DNA of 23,231 nucleotides from NCBI GenBank assembly GCA_048881705.1, contig JBHLSH010000064.1, positions 1 through 23,231 on the forward strand, written 5' to 3'. The notes beneath the pieces are model-generated. The model made no database searches and was not told where the DNA came from. It saw only the letters and a list, made by a program, of their open reading frames with translations. The DNA comes from Candidatus Heimdallarchaeota archaeon (GTDB taxonomy: Archaea; Asgardarchaeota; Heimdallarchaeia; Hodarchaeales; Hodarchaeaceae). The position numbers were made by a program, and so were the translations under genes. This document shows, in pieces, positions 8,851 to 16,894 of the stretch (position 1 is its first letter; every line of letters begins with the position of its first letter).

Positions 8851-9489
8851 CTAACACTCCTTACAACAACAATCGATCAAGGAAGAATTTTGTACACCCG
8901 AAATTCGTGTCTTTAATGCCTCGGGGCTGAAGATCTTACTGGCATGGTCGAGAGCTTCATGAAAGGAAAGAATTTCTAATGAAGGATCACGGGGGACATC
9001 TTCACGTGATAGATAGAAATTAATTGAGGGACATTGGTCAATAGCTGAGATTTGTCCTTTACATTCACGCTTATAACTCACGATTAAGTCAGGTTTAGGA
9101 GTAGTTTCCACATTTGGATCAATTACTATCAAAATGGGTTTTTTTTTCTTATGATCGACTGTGGAAATAAGTGTCTTGGCTCCAAATGTATATGCTACCC
9201 CCAAGGCATCCACAGCGCACATAGCATATCCTGATCCTATCCCTTCAACTTCTATTTTATATATCGATTCAATAGGAGAAATTGGGTATGCTCCGATTAA
9301 CCTGTTATTCTTATCGAATCCCAGCATATCGCTTTCTATAACATGATTTAGATAATTAGTGTCCTCAAATTTCTTCCATAATTTATCCTTGATCCATTCA
9401 AAAGATTTTCCTTGCAGCAAATAACGCAGGACTTTGAGATGAATCGAAAATACAGCATTGATTTGATCATTATTCAATGAGGATTCCAT
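8851..9489 (-). CDS. merB: Organomercurial lyase (MerB)-like protein
   Basis: LIGAYPIS, YAMCAVDALG (equivalent to MerB Cys96-x-x-Asp99) and DQCPSINFY (Cys159 equivalent). Cys-rich tail DCCCKEC. Confidence 0.72.
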   Translation of the reverse strand: MESSLNNDQINAVFSIHLKVLRYLLQGKSFEWIKDKLWKKFEDTNYLNHVIESDMLGFDKNNRLIGAYPISPIESIYKIEVEGIGSGYAMCAVDALGVAYTFGAKTLISTVDHKKKKPILIVIDPNVETTPKPDLIVSYKRECKGQISAIDQCPSINFYLSREDVPRDPSLEILSFHEALDHASKIFSPEALKTRISGVQNSSLIDCCCKEC

Positions 9490-9651
9490 AGCGTCAATCC
9501 CATTACTCTCTTTTTTAAATTCAGTTGGGGTTCAGAAATTAAACTGTTTTGGTTTCACGTTTCATTTCTACTAAAATTTCTTACAAATTTGATCAGATTT
9601 ACAACTCTCAACCGATTGGTTATTTGGCTCCCAAGGGGGGGGAGACGTTGC

Positions 9652-10251
9652 CTACTCCCCCTTATTTTCGTTTTCTATTATAGCGCTGCTGTAGGCCCTT
9701 GCTTCGTCTATGAGATCAGGTGCAATATTTAATCTTTCAGCTTTCGCCCACTCAATGACTTCTTTGATCCATGACCCACAACATCGGCCTGATGGGTTGG
9801 TAATCTTACAATCCTTCCCCTGATTGGCTCCAGTAAAATCTTGGATATCTTGAAGTGAATCACAGCATTTTGTGATCAGGAGCTCATAGAGGATTTGTTC
9901 TTCGAGAACTCCCGTACAATAACACATTGGACGGCCTTCACTGCGAATTGCCATCTTGTGCATAACAGCGACCCGTAGCTCTTGTTGTGAGAAGTAGACC
10001 TTGGTGACATTGTTGAAGTAAACAATAGGACAATCACGCTCCTTACAGAAATAAAACCCTTTTTCTGTAAGGTGTGACCAGTAAATGGGATGGACATGAT
10101 TCGTCATTGTTATTCGACGAAGACGAATCCCCTTTGTTCCTGAAAGAGGGCAAAACCGCGCATCCGCGAAAATTTCATCGCGACCATTTGTTATCTTAAA
10201 AGAGAGCACTTCTCCGCTAACTGACCTAACAGATTTCGTGCGATTGTCCAT
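9652..10251 (-). CDS. CopZ N-terminal-type Zn-finger + BFD-like [2Fe-2S] protein
   Basis: CPLSG...HV...W...FYFCKERDC.IVYF...CYC...TGA..GK.C..TNPSGRCC matches the Archaeoglobus fulgidus CopZ N-terminal domain pattern as I recall it. Alternative GTG start at 10278. Confidence 0.8.
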   Translation of the reverse strand: MDNRTKSVRSVSGEVLSFKITNGRDEIFADARFCPLSGTKGIRLRRITMTNHVHPIYWSHLTEKGFYFCKERDCPIVYFNNVTKVYFSQQELRVAVMHKMAIRSEGRPMCYCTGVLEEQILYELLITKCCDSLQDIQDFTGANQGKDCKITNPSGRCCGSWIKEVIEWAKAERLNIAPDLIDEARAYSSAIIENENKGE

Positions 10252-10290
10252 CCTAACATCCAATTGGTTTCGCCTCACGCGTCATCGGAG

Positions 10291-10527
10291 TTATGTTACC
10301 TTAATGGCTTGTCGCTTTAGCACAATTGCACTATATCCTGCTTCATCCACTGCATCTCTCAGGCCACCATCATTTACCGTATCTAAAGCAAGTATCTTTC
10401 CTCTTCCTGATTTCCAACCGGTCATACTGACTTTTAATACTCCTTGAATTTCAGACAATACTTCTGTGATATCCATTACACATGATTCACATGTCATTCC
10501 TTCGATTTCTAATGTGATTTGTACCAT
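10291..10527 (-). CDS. Heavy-metal-associated (HMA) domain protein, CopZ/MerP-like chaperone
   Basis: IEGMTCESC metal-binding loop and AVDEAGY C-terminal motif, 78 aa from ATG 10527. An in-frame GTG at 10545 has AAGGAG upstream. The track's 10659 start adds an implausible extension. Confidence 0.87.
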   Translation of the reverse strand: MVQITLEIEGMTCESCVMDITEVLSEIQGVLKVSMTGWKSGRGKILALDTVNDGGLRDAVDEAGYSAIVLKRQAIKVT

Positions 10528-10636
10528 TTTTTCTTCGATATTCACTTTTTTTGACTCCTTTGATGAGTAATCAGAGTTTAAATACATGTTTAATGTTTTA
10601 AAGCCAAATCGTATTATTTGACTATTGATAAAATTC

Positions 10637-10650
10637 AATTTATATAAATT
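10637..10650. promoter_or_regulatory. Palindromic TATA-box-like element AATTTATATAAATT, likely promoter of the HMA operon
   Basis: Perfect 14-bp palindrome containing TTTATATA on both strands, about 95-110 bp upstream of the HMA start. Adjacent 6-1-6 inverted repeat TTATGA-T-TCATAA at 10649-10661. Confidence 0.45.
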
Positions 10651-10959
10651 ATGATTCATAAATCCAAGTTATTGATTTGTCAGAAATCATTCGTAGATTA
10701 ATTGCAAACTATATCTGATGAGGAGTTTGATGAAAGGAATACGCCAATCATTAAGAGAGTGAACACTTTTGAGGACGATGAGGTAGTAGAAATTTCTAAA
10801 AGCGGAATAGATAATTCTTACAAATGTGTAATAACAGATATGAAGGAAGGACAACAGTTGATGGAGTAAAATGCTGTTGATATAGAGTTAAGACCGAATA
10901 TTTCCTTTCCCAGAGAGAGAACAGCCATAGTCAAATTCGATGAACTTTTCGCAATCTAA
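10651..10959 (+). pseudogene. Possible decayed gene or small acidic ORF (10702-10869) inside the divergent promoter region
   Basis: One frame from ATG 10651 to TAA 10959 with two internal TAA stops. The middle segment LQTISDEEFDERNTPIIKRVNTFEDDEVVEISKSG...LME (55 aa, TTG start) looks protein-like. Confidence 0.25.
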
Positions 10960-10960
10960 T

Positions 10961-10972
10961 TTTATATAAATT
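10961..10972 (+). promoter_or_regulatory. TATA-box-like element TTTATATAAATT upstream of the ArsR regulator
   Basis: Exact 12-bp copy of 10639-10650, about 90-115 bp upstream of the regulator's candidate starts. Confidence 0.4.
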
Positions 10973-11061
10973 CTCATGGATTTATTTTTAAAGAAATTTG
11001 GCAACATATCTAGATGGATATCCCTTCCTCCTGTTTAAGAGGAACAGCTGAAAACTAGGAA

Positions 11062-11454
11062 TTGAACTCTATGATAATAAAATCCATGAAAAAAGATAAT
11101 GTTCGAGCACAAGCAGATAAACCCTCTAGAATATCATTTTTTGCAATGATTGCCGACCCCATTCGTCATACAATCGTAACAGAACTTTTATCTAAATCCG
11201 AGCTTTCCGTTAATCAACTTGTGGGTACACTCAAGAAACCTCAGACATTGGTCTCATACCACCTAAGATGTTTGCGAGAATGTGGATTATTAACTAGCCA
11301 AAAATCCCCAAACGATGGAAGAAAAATAATTTACTCTCTCCATGATCGAGACCTTATCTTGAATTTATTTACTCTTGCAGATGACTTCCTCAAGGATCAC
11401 GAAATCTGCTTAGGGCATCCCTCTTGTCGAATCAAGGAGAAAAATTCAAAATGA
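11062..11454 (+). CDS. ArsR/SmtB-family metal-sensing repressor, CmtR-type (alpha4C site)
   Basis: IADPIRHTIV...SVNQLV...VSYHLRCLRECGLL...DGRKIIYSL. CxxxC in helix 4 plus C-terminal Cys residues (EICLGHPSC). Start uncertain (TTG 11062, ATG 11071 or 11086). Confidence 0.85.
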   Translation: MNSMIIKSMKKDNVRAQADKPSRISFFAMIADPIRHTIVTELLSKSELSVNQLVGTLKKPQTLVSYHLRCLRECGLLTSQKSPNDGRKIIYSLHDRDLILNLFTLADDFLKDHEICLGHPSCRIKEKNSK

Positions 11455-11473
11455 ATTCTCCATCTTTCAAAGG

Positions 11474-12496
11474 CTAATATTCTCTTTCCAAGTCAATTTC
11501 ATTCAAGAATTTGCTCTCTCCGCCGTGAAATCTTTTGATGTTCTCAATAACCTCATCCCACCTCTTTAAATCGCTGAAGGGGGAGGCTCCTCTATGTGGA
11601 CTTAAAATAATGTTGGGAAGGGAATGAAAGGGATAATGAAAAGGATGTTTATGACCATTCTCGTCTGGATCGGGCTGATAATCATACCAAACATCGATAG
11701 CGGCTCCCGCAATTGTCCTAGTCCTTAATGCATTAAAAAGGCTTTTTTCATCAATAACTGAACCACGACTGACGTTAACCAACAATCCCTTCGGCCCTAG
11801 TTTTTTCAACTCTTCGGTACCAATCATGCCAACAGTTTTTGTTGTTTCAGGTACAGCTATAATTAGAATATCAATTTCAGTTAGAAAATCTGATAACTCT
11901 GACAAAGAAAATTTTTTTACAGGTGTGGGAAGGCTAATGGATTCGTCTGGCCACTGATACCGGAGAATCGAAAACTCCACATGGAATCCTTTGAGGAAAT
12001 CGTGCACCTTGGTATTGATTGCACCATAACCAAGTAATCCAATCCTTCGATTCCGGAGGGGAATAGAAGCCGCGTCTGAGTCTCCTTTTCGCCATAATCC
12101 CTGACTCATCCAGTTATGATGTGGTACAATATGATTGGTCATCCCCAATAATAGAGCTACTGCATGCTGAGCCGTGAAGTAACTATTTCCGTGCCCATTT
12201 ACCAATGTTACTTTCCGAGTCTTGTTAAGCTCCCGAAAAAAGGTAATGTGATGTTTAATACCGGCACCAGGATTGATGAAGAGTTTCATCTTTGTGGCTG
12301 CTAATTTCACTTCATCTGGTACGCGCCATCCTACCATAATATCAGTTTGGGGCGCGAATTCAAGCAAATCTTCTGTTTTGATAGGATCCTCTAGAAAAAT
12401 TAAATTAAGACCCTGAGTATGGTGTAAACAAGTTTTCAAGTGCTCGATTAAGCGTGTACTGAGGCCACGAGTGAAAAGTACGGTTGTTTCTCGCAT
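11474..12496 (-). CDS. D-isomer-specific 2-hydroxyacid dehydrogenase
   Basis: IGLLGYGAI Rossmann motif, VPETTKTVGMIG, LVNVSRG (Arg), AAIDVW, LSPHRG (His). ATG 12496 has a GGTGAG RBS; the track's GTG 12508 lies within that RBS region. Confidence 0.9.
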   Translation of the reverse strand: MRETTVLFTRGLSTRLIEHLKTCLHHTQGLNLIFLEDPIKTEDLLEFAPQTDIMVGWRVPDEVKLAATKMKLFINPGAGIKHHITFFRELNKTRKVTLVNGHGNSYFTAQHAVALLLGMTNHIVPHHNWMSQGLWRKGDSDAASIPLRNRRIGLLGYGAINTKVHDFLKGFHVEFSILRYQWPDESISLPTPVKKFSLSELSDFLTEIDILIIAVPETTKTVGMIGTEELKKLGPKGLLVNVSRGSVIDEKSLFNALRTRTIAGAAIDVWYDYQPDPDENGHKHPFHYPFHSLPNIILSPHRGASPFSDLKRWDEVIENIKRFHGGESKFLNEIDLEREY

Positions 12497-12637
12497 TAAA
12501 CTCACCACTGAAGTAAATCAGGCTAGAATGCTTGAACGATCTTCCTAGCGTTTTACAGAAATCCTCATAAATCAATAAGCACAAAATCCCTGCCAGATCA
12601 CAAAAGTCTGATTGAAATAATCCCAATCTAGAACCAA

Positions 12638-13189
12638 TCAAGAAGAAAATCCATTATGACTATAATGTTCTACAAAATATGTCAAGATATCCCGAATGTT
12701 CACAACGCGAATTGGATCATCCTTGATAATAGAATAGGAATAGTCGCCAAGGTACATGTGGTGGAGAGCGTAAGCGACGGCATCGTTCTTGTCTAGAATA
12801 ACGGGATCTTTCAACATAGCTTCTTTGACAGGCTTATCTAGATCGATAGGAGACTCATTACACACCCGTACGACAAGGGAACGTTCGGTAAAAATCCCCA
12901 CTATCTTATCTTCGTTATCGACAATAACTACCGAGCATTTGCGATTTTCACGCATTTTGTTGATCACCTGTCGAACTGACATATCAGGGGGAACCTGAAA
13001 GGCAATAGATCTATCGCCGCCAATTTCTGTAAGCTTATCCTCAGCGATCGCCTTACCAAGTTCGTCCTTGTACTTGTTACCGGATTTTGTACGCCAGAGG
13101 TGTGAAATATCGGTCCCGCAGTTCTTGCACTCTGTTGAACCCTCGATATTGGAGGAGCGACATTGGGGGCAGATAATGGCAGAAGTCAT
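12638..13189 (-). CDS. Zinc-ribbon + CBS-pair protein
   Basis: N-terminal CPQC-x10-CKNC, then tandem CBS domains (VPPDMSVRQVI...VGIFTERS; DAVAYALHHM...VVNIRDI). ATG 13189 has GAGGA upstream. Confidence 0.85.
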   Translation of the reverse strand: MTSAIICPQCRSSNIEGSTECKNCGTDISHLWRTKSGNKYKDELGKAIAEDKLTEIGGDRSIAFQVPPDMSVRQVINKMRENRKCSVVIVDNEDKIVGIFTERSLVVRVCNESPIDLDKPVKEAMLKDPVILDKNDAVAYALHHMYLGDYSYSIIKDDPIRVVNIRDILTYFVEHYSHNGFSS

Positions 13190-13260
13190 AAGTATTCCTC
13201 GAAACTTTAATGCACATTTCAATTGAAAGAGTTCTAATATAGTTTATCCTAGTGTAATTA

Positions 13261-14295
13261 CTATTCCACTACCCACGTTTCTCCTTCTTCCATGAGATCC
13301 TGAACTGACTGCTTTGTACCGCTCTTGGCCGTTTTCACTTGATCGTCAAGCATGCTGTCATAAGTTGGCTTTTGAATTGCCCTAAAAACCCCAATCGGTT
13401 CGGGAAAGTTTGGATAGCGCATCCGAGAAAGGAAAAACGCCAATGTTGACTCTCGAGCATATTCATCGTGATACAATAGATCTTTTTCTGAAAATCCCGT
13501 ATCCTTGAACTTAATGACCTTGGGTTGAAGTCCGTGTAGGAAAATACCCTTGTCTCGGTCTTTTCCAAATATCATTGGTTCTCCGTGACGCAGTTCAAGA
13601 ATATTATCATACCGAAGTTCTTTGTCAGTAGCAAATGCGAAAGCACCGTCATTAAAAATGTTGCAATTCTGATAAATCTCGACAAATGCTGTCCCCCGGT
13701 GTTCTGCAGCACGTCTGAAGGTCTCCTGCATGTGTTCGCCATATTGATATATAGTTCGGGCTATAAAAGTTGCCTCCGCTCCTAAAGCCCATGATATTGG
13801 ATTGACAGGATAATCAATGGTGCCAATGGGTGAGGATTTTGTTTTCTTACCCAATTCACTCGTAGGGGAATATTGGCCCTTAGTTAGACCGTAGATTTTA
13901 TTGTTAAAGAGCAGAATCTTGATATCTACGTTCCGTCGCATGGCGTGCATCAAATGGTTTCCGCCGATCCCAAGGCCGTCTCCGTCGCCAGTTACAACCC
14001 AAACAGAAAGATCGGGCCGAGTAATTTTAAGACCTGTAGCGATCGTGGGGGCCCTACCATGAATGGTGTGCATACCATAGGTATCCATATAGTAAGGAAA
14101 CCTGGAGCTGCACCCAATCCCACTAATAAATACGATATTCTCTTTTCGAAGATTCAATTTTGGAAGAATTTTCTTCATGTATGCGAGAATGCCATAATCT
14201 CCACACCCAGGACACCACCGAACATCCAGATCAGAAGCAAAGTCCTTTGATGTATATAATGGTATGGTAGAATTATGTGTTGATGATTCAGTCAT
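13261..14295 (-). CDS. korB: 2-oxoacid:ferredoxin oxidoreductase beta subunit
   Basis: WCPGCGD, GIGCSSR, HGRA, TPP-binding GDGD...NN, YGLTKGQYSPT, YQNC. Confidence 0.93.
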   Translation of the reverse strand: MTESSTHNSTIPLYTSKDFASDLDVRWCPGCGDYGILAYMKKILPKLNLRKENIVFISGIGCSSRFPYYMDTYGMHTIHGRAPTIATGLKITRPDLSVWVVTGDGDGLGIGGNHLMHAMRRNVDIKILLFNNKIYGLTKGQYSPTSELGKKTKSSPIGTIDYPVNPISWALGAEATFIARTIYQYGEHMQETFRRAAEHRGTAFVEIYQNCNIFNDGAFAFATDKELRYDNILELRHGEPMIFGKDRDKGIFLHGLQPKVIKFKDTGFSEKDLLYHDEYARESTLAFFLSRMRYPNFPEPIGVFRAIQKPTYDSMLDDQVKTAKSGTKQSVQDLMEEGETWVVE

Positions 14296-14298
14296 TGA

Positions 14299-16179
14299 TC
14301 AGTTATCTCCTATTATTTGAAGAACCCTATCATAAATTTCGTCTGTTTGAAACGGTCTCCCCTGGACTTTATTGATCCCAGTAGCTTGAACATCCGGAAA
14401 TCGGGAACGGATTAGAAGCAATAGCTGTCCGAGATTTAATTCCGGAATAACGATATGTTTGTAGGCTCGTAGAACCTCTCCGAGGTTTGAAGGGAATGGA
14501 TTGATAAATCTGAGGTTCGTATCTGCCACATCATAACCCTCTTCCCGGAGTCTCGTCCCCACCGTGTGTGTTACCCCAAATGTGGATCCCCAACTTAAAA
14601 TAAGTAGATCCCCTTGTTTTGGCCCGTTTACTTGTTGAGGAGGGATTTCTTGGGAAACTCTATCTACCTTTTCAGCGCGTGTCCGAACCATGCGCTCATG
14701 ATTCAAGGGATCGTAACTTACATTTCCTGTTTCGGGATCCTTCTCTAGCCCACCAATTCGATGCTCCAGGCCTGGAGTTCCAGGGATAGCCCAAGGTCTC
14801 GCAAGGGAATCTGGATCCCTCTGTCCATAGGGAAGGAAGGGAATATTCTGATATGCGTCTTTAGTGGGATGATCGAAAACGAAAGCTGGATATGTGCTAA
14901 GCCTAGGGATCTTCCACGGTGCTATGTTATTGGCCAGATATCCGTCTAGAAGTAGGACAACTGGGGTCATGTACTTCATTGCAATTCGAATGGCCTCGAT
15001 TGCCATATCGAAGCAATCGCTTGGAGTTTGAGGAGCTAAAACAGGAGCGGGGGATTCCCCATTTCTACCGTACATTACCTGTAAGAGGTCGGCCTGCTCA
15101 TTTTTGGTGGGCATCCCCGTGCTTGGACCGGCCCGTTGAACATTGACCACTATCAGCGGAAGCTCAGTCATAACAGCAAGTCCAAAAGCCTCTGATTTTA
15201 AACAAAAGCCCGGACCTGACGTCCCAGTTATCGCAATGCTCCCACCGAACGCCGCTCCAATAGCGGCACCAATCGCTGCAATTTCGTCTTCTGCTTGAAA
15301 TGTTCGAATCCCGAAACCTTTATGGTTAACCAATTCGTGAAGAAGATCGCTGGCGGGAGTAATGGGATATGCTCCGTAAAAGATCTCTTTCTTTGCAAGC
15401 TGAGTAGCAGCAATAAAGCCCAAGGCTAATGCCTGGGTTCCTGAGACGTATCTATAGAGTCCTGGGGTCATTTCGGCTTGTGGAACTTGATATTGAACCT
15501 TCCAAAACTCGTTGGTCTCTCCATAATAATAGCCAGCCTTTAAAGTTTTTATATTTGCTTCCACAATAGCGGGCCGCTTCTTAAATTTCGTTTCCACCCA
15601 TTCAATTGTAGGCTCCAACGGACGATCGTACAACCACGAGATAAGCCCCAAGGCGAAAAAATTGCGAGTTAAATTTACCTGCTTTGTTTTGAGACCAACG
15701 GATGCGACTGCTTCCTCATTCAATGAAGTAATCTTAACTGGGTAAAGACGGTACTTATCCAAGGACCCGTCTTCGATGGGATTTGAGGAATAGCCGGCTT
15801 TTGAAATATTATTTTTGGTAAAGGTATCCTCATTAATTATTAATATTCCATTAGGCTTTAAATCTGAGATGTTCACCTTTAGAGCGGCAGGATTCATAGC
15901 CACTAGGGCATCTAGCGCATCTCCAGGAGTGTAAATCAGAGATGACGAGAAATGAACTTGAAATCCAGACACTCCAGCCAGAGTCCCAGATGGTGCCCTG
16001 ATTTCTGCTGGAAAATCAGGAAGCGTTGAAACATCATTTCCAAAGATTACGGACGCGGTTGTAAATTTCAATCCCGCCAGCTGCATCCCATCTCCACTGT
16101 CGCCTGCGAGTCTAATGACAACCTGATCTAACTGTTTCGTGGTTTTATCCACATATGAGCCTGCTTTTACTTTTTCCAT
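14299..16179 (-). CDS. korA: 2-oxoacid:ferredoxin oxidoreductase alpha subunit (gamma-alpha fusion)
   Basis: RLAGDSGDGMQ gamma domain, PAEIRAP, YPITPAS, QAEDEIAA, TSGPG, QRAGPSTG, WGST, PELNLGQL. Substrate specificity cannot be determined from sequence. Confidence 0.93.
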   Translation of the reverse strand: MEKVKAGSYVDKTTKQLDQVVIRLAGDSGDGMQLAGLKFTTASVIFGNDVSTLPDFPAEIRAPSGTLAGVSGFQVHFSSSLIYTPGDALDALVAMNPAALKVNISDLKPNGILIINEDTFTKNNISKAGYSSNPIEDGSLDKYRLYPVKITSLNEEAVASVGLKTKQVNLTRNFFALGLISWLYDRPLEPTIEWVETKFKKRPAIVEANIKTLKAGYYYGETNEFWKVQYQVPQAEMTPGLYRYVSGTQALALGFIAATQLAKKEIFYGAYPITPASDLLHELVNHKGFGIRTFQAEDEIAAIGAAIGAAFGGSIAITGTSGPGFCLKSEAFGLAVMTELPLIVVNVQRAGPSTGMPTKNEQADLLQVMYGRNGESPAPVLAPQTPSDCFDMAIEAIRIAMKYMTPVVLLLDGYLANNIAPWKIPRLSTYPAFVFDHPTKDAYQNIPFLPYGQRDPDSLARPWAIPGTPGLEHRIGGLEKDPETGNVSYDPLNHERMVRTRAEKVDRVSQEIPPQQVNGPKQGDLLILSWGSTFGVTHTVGTRLREEGYDVADTNLRFINPFPSNLGEVLRAYKHIVIPELNLGQLLLLIRSRFPDVQATGINKVQGRPFQTDEIYDRVLQIIGDN

Positions 16180-16212
16180 TTTGTTGCGGCCATCCGATGC
16201 ATGTATGGTATA

Positions 16213-16692
16213 CTAAGCTCCCTCTCGTGTATCAGGGGGACTCATACCAGGTAGAACCGTAAATACACTATCCGCGTAATAGTCGATCAAATAATATATG
16301 AAATCACGCGCAGCTACTACACCGATCAGTTTTCCATCCTCCATGACCGGCATGTGATCGTATTTTCCTCCCTCGTACATAGCCATTACGAGTTTAGATA
16401 TTGAATCTGTGCTTTCGATGGGAGTGAAGTCAACTTCCATTATCGAACTTGCGAGGGAATCCTCCCTTAGTTCCCCGATCGCTGCCCATCTTAAAATTGA
16501 CCGTTCCGTGATTAATCCTTGAATCTGCTCATTAGAATCGACTAAGCATACATAGTCCGTCTCTCGCTCCTTAAGCGAGTTTAAAGCGTCTCTTATTGTT
16601 GCTGTCTCAACATTTAGGGTCTTTAATTTTGTTCGAATCAGCCGAGAACACTGATCCGTCTTAAACAGTTTAATTATGTCCGGATCTGACAT
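16213..16692 (-). CDS. Stand-alone CBS-pair protein
   Basis: TIRDALNSL...GLITERS and SISKLV..M...HMPV...IGVVAARD. ATG 16692 is preferred because the track's 16887 start leaves only 7 bp before the divergent gene. Confidence 0.85.
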   Translation of the reverse strand: MSDPDIIKLFKTDQCSRLIRTKLKTLNVETATIRDALNSLKERETDYVCLVDSNEQIQGLITERSILRWAAIGELREDSLASSIMEVDFTPIESTDSISKLVMAMYEGGKYDHMPVMEDGKLIGVVAARDFIYYLIDYYADSVFTVLPGMSPPDTREGA

Positions 16693-16894
16693 GGTCTGTC
16701 CCACGATTAGAAAATAAATTGTATTTGATAAAATTTTTTCTGATAAATTCGTTGCAATTGGCGAATTTGCAAACCCCTGAAAAAGATCCCTCCTTAATCG
16801 AGTCACTAAGGGATTTTTTCTATCATCCGTCCAGGAAATGTTAGTTACCAAGTAACCAATAATAAAACAGATAAATTCTTTTTCCAAAATTTAT

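Noticed and set aside
10528-10659. Extended HMA ORF start in the track
   Set aside because: The extension runs through AT-rich promoter-like sequence and has no domain signal.
16693-16887. 65-aa N-terminal extension of the CBS ORF in the track
   Set aside because: It would leave 7 bp for two divergent promoters; the internal ATG 16692 gives a normal CBS-pair size.
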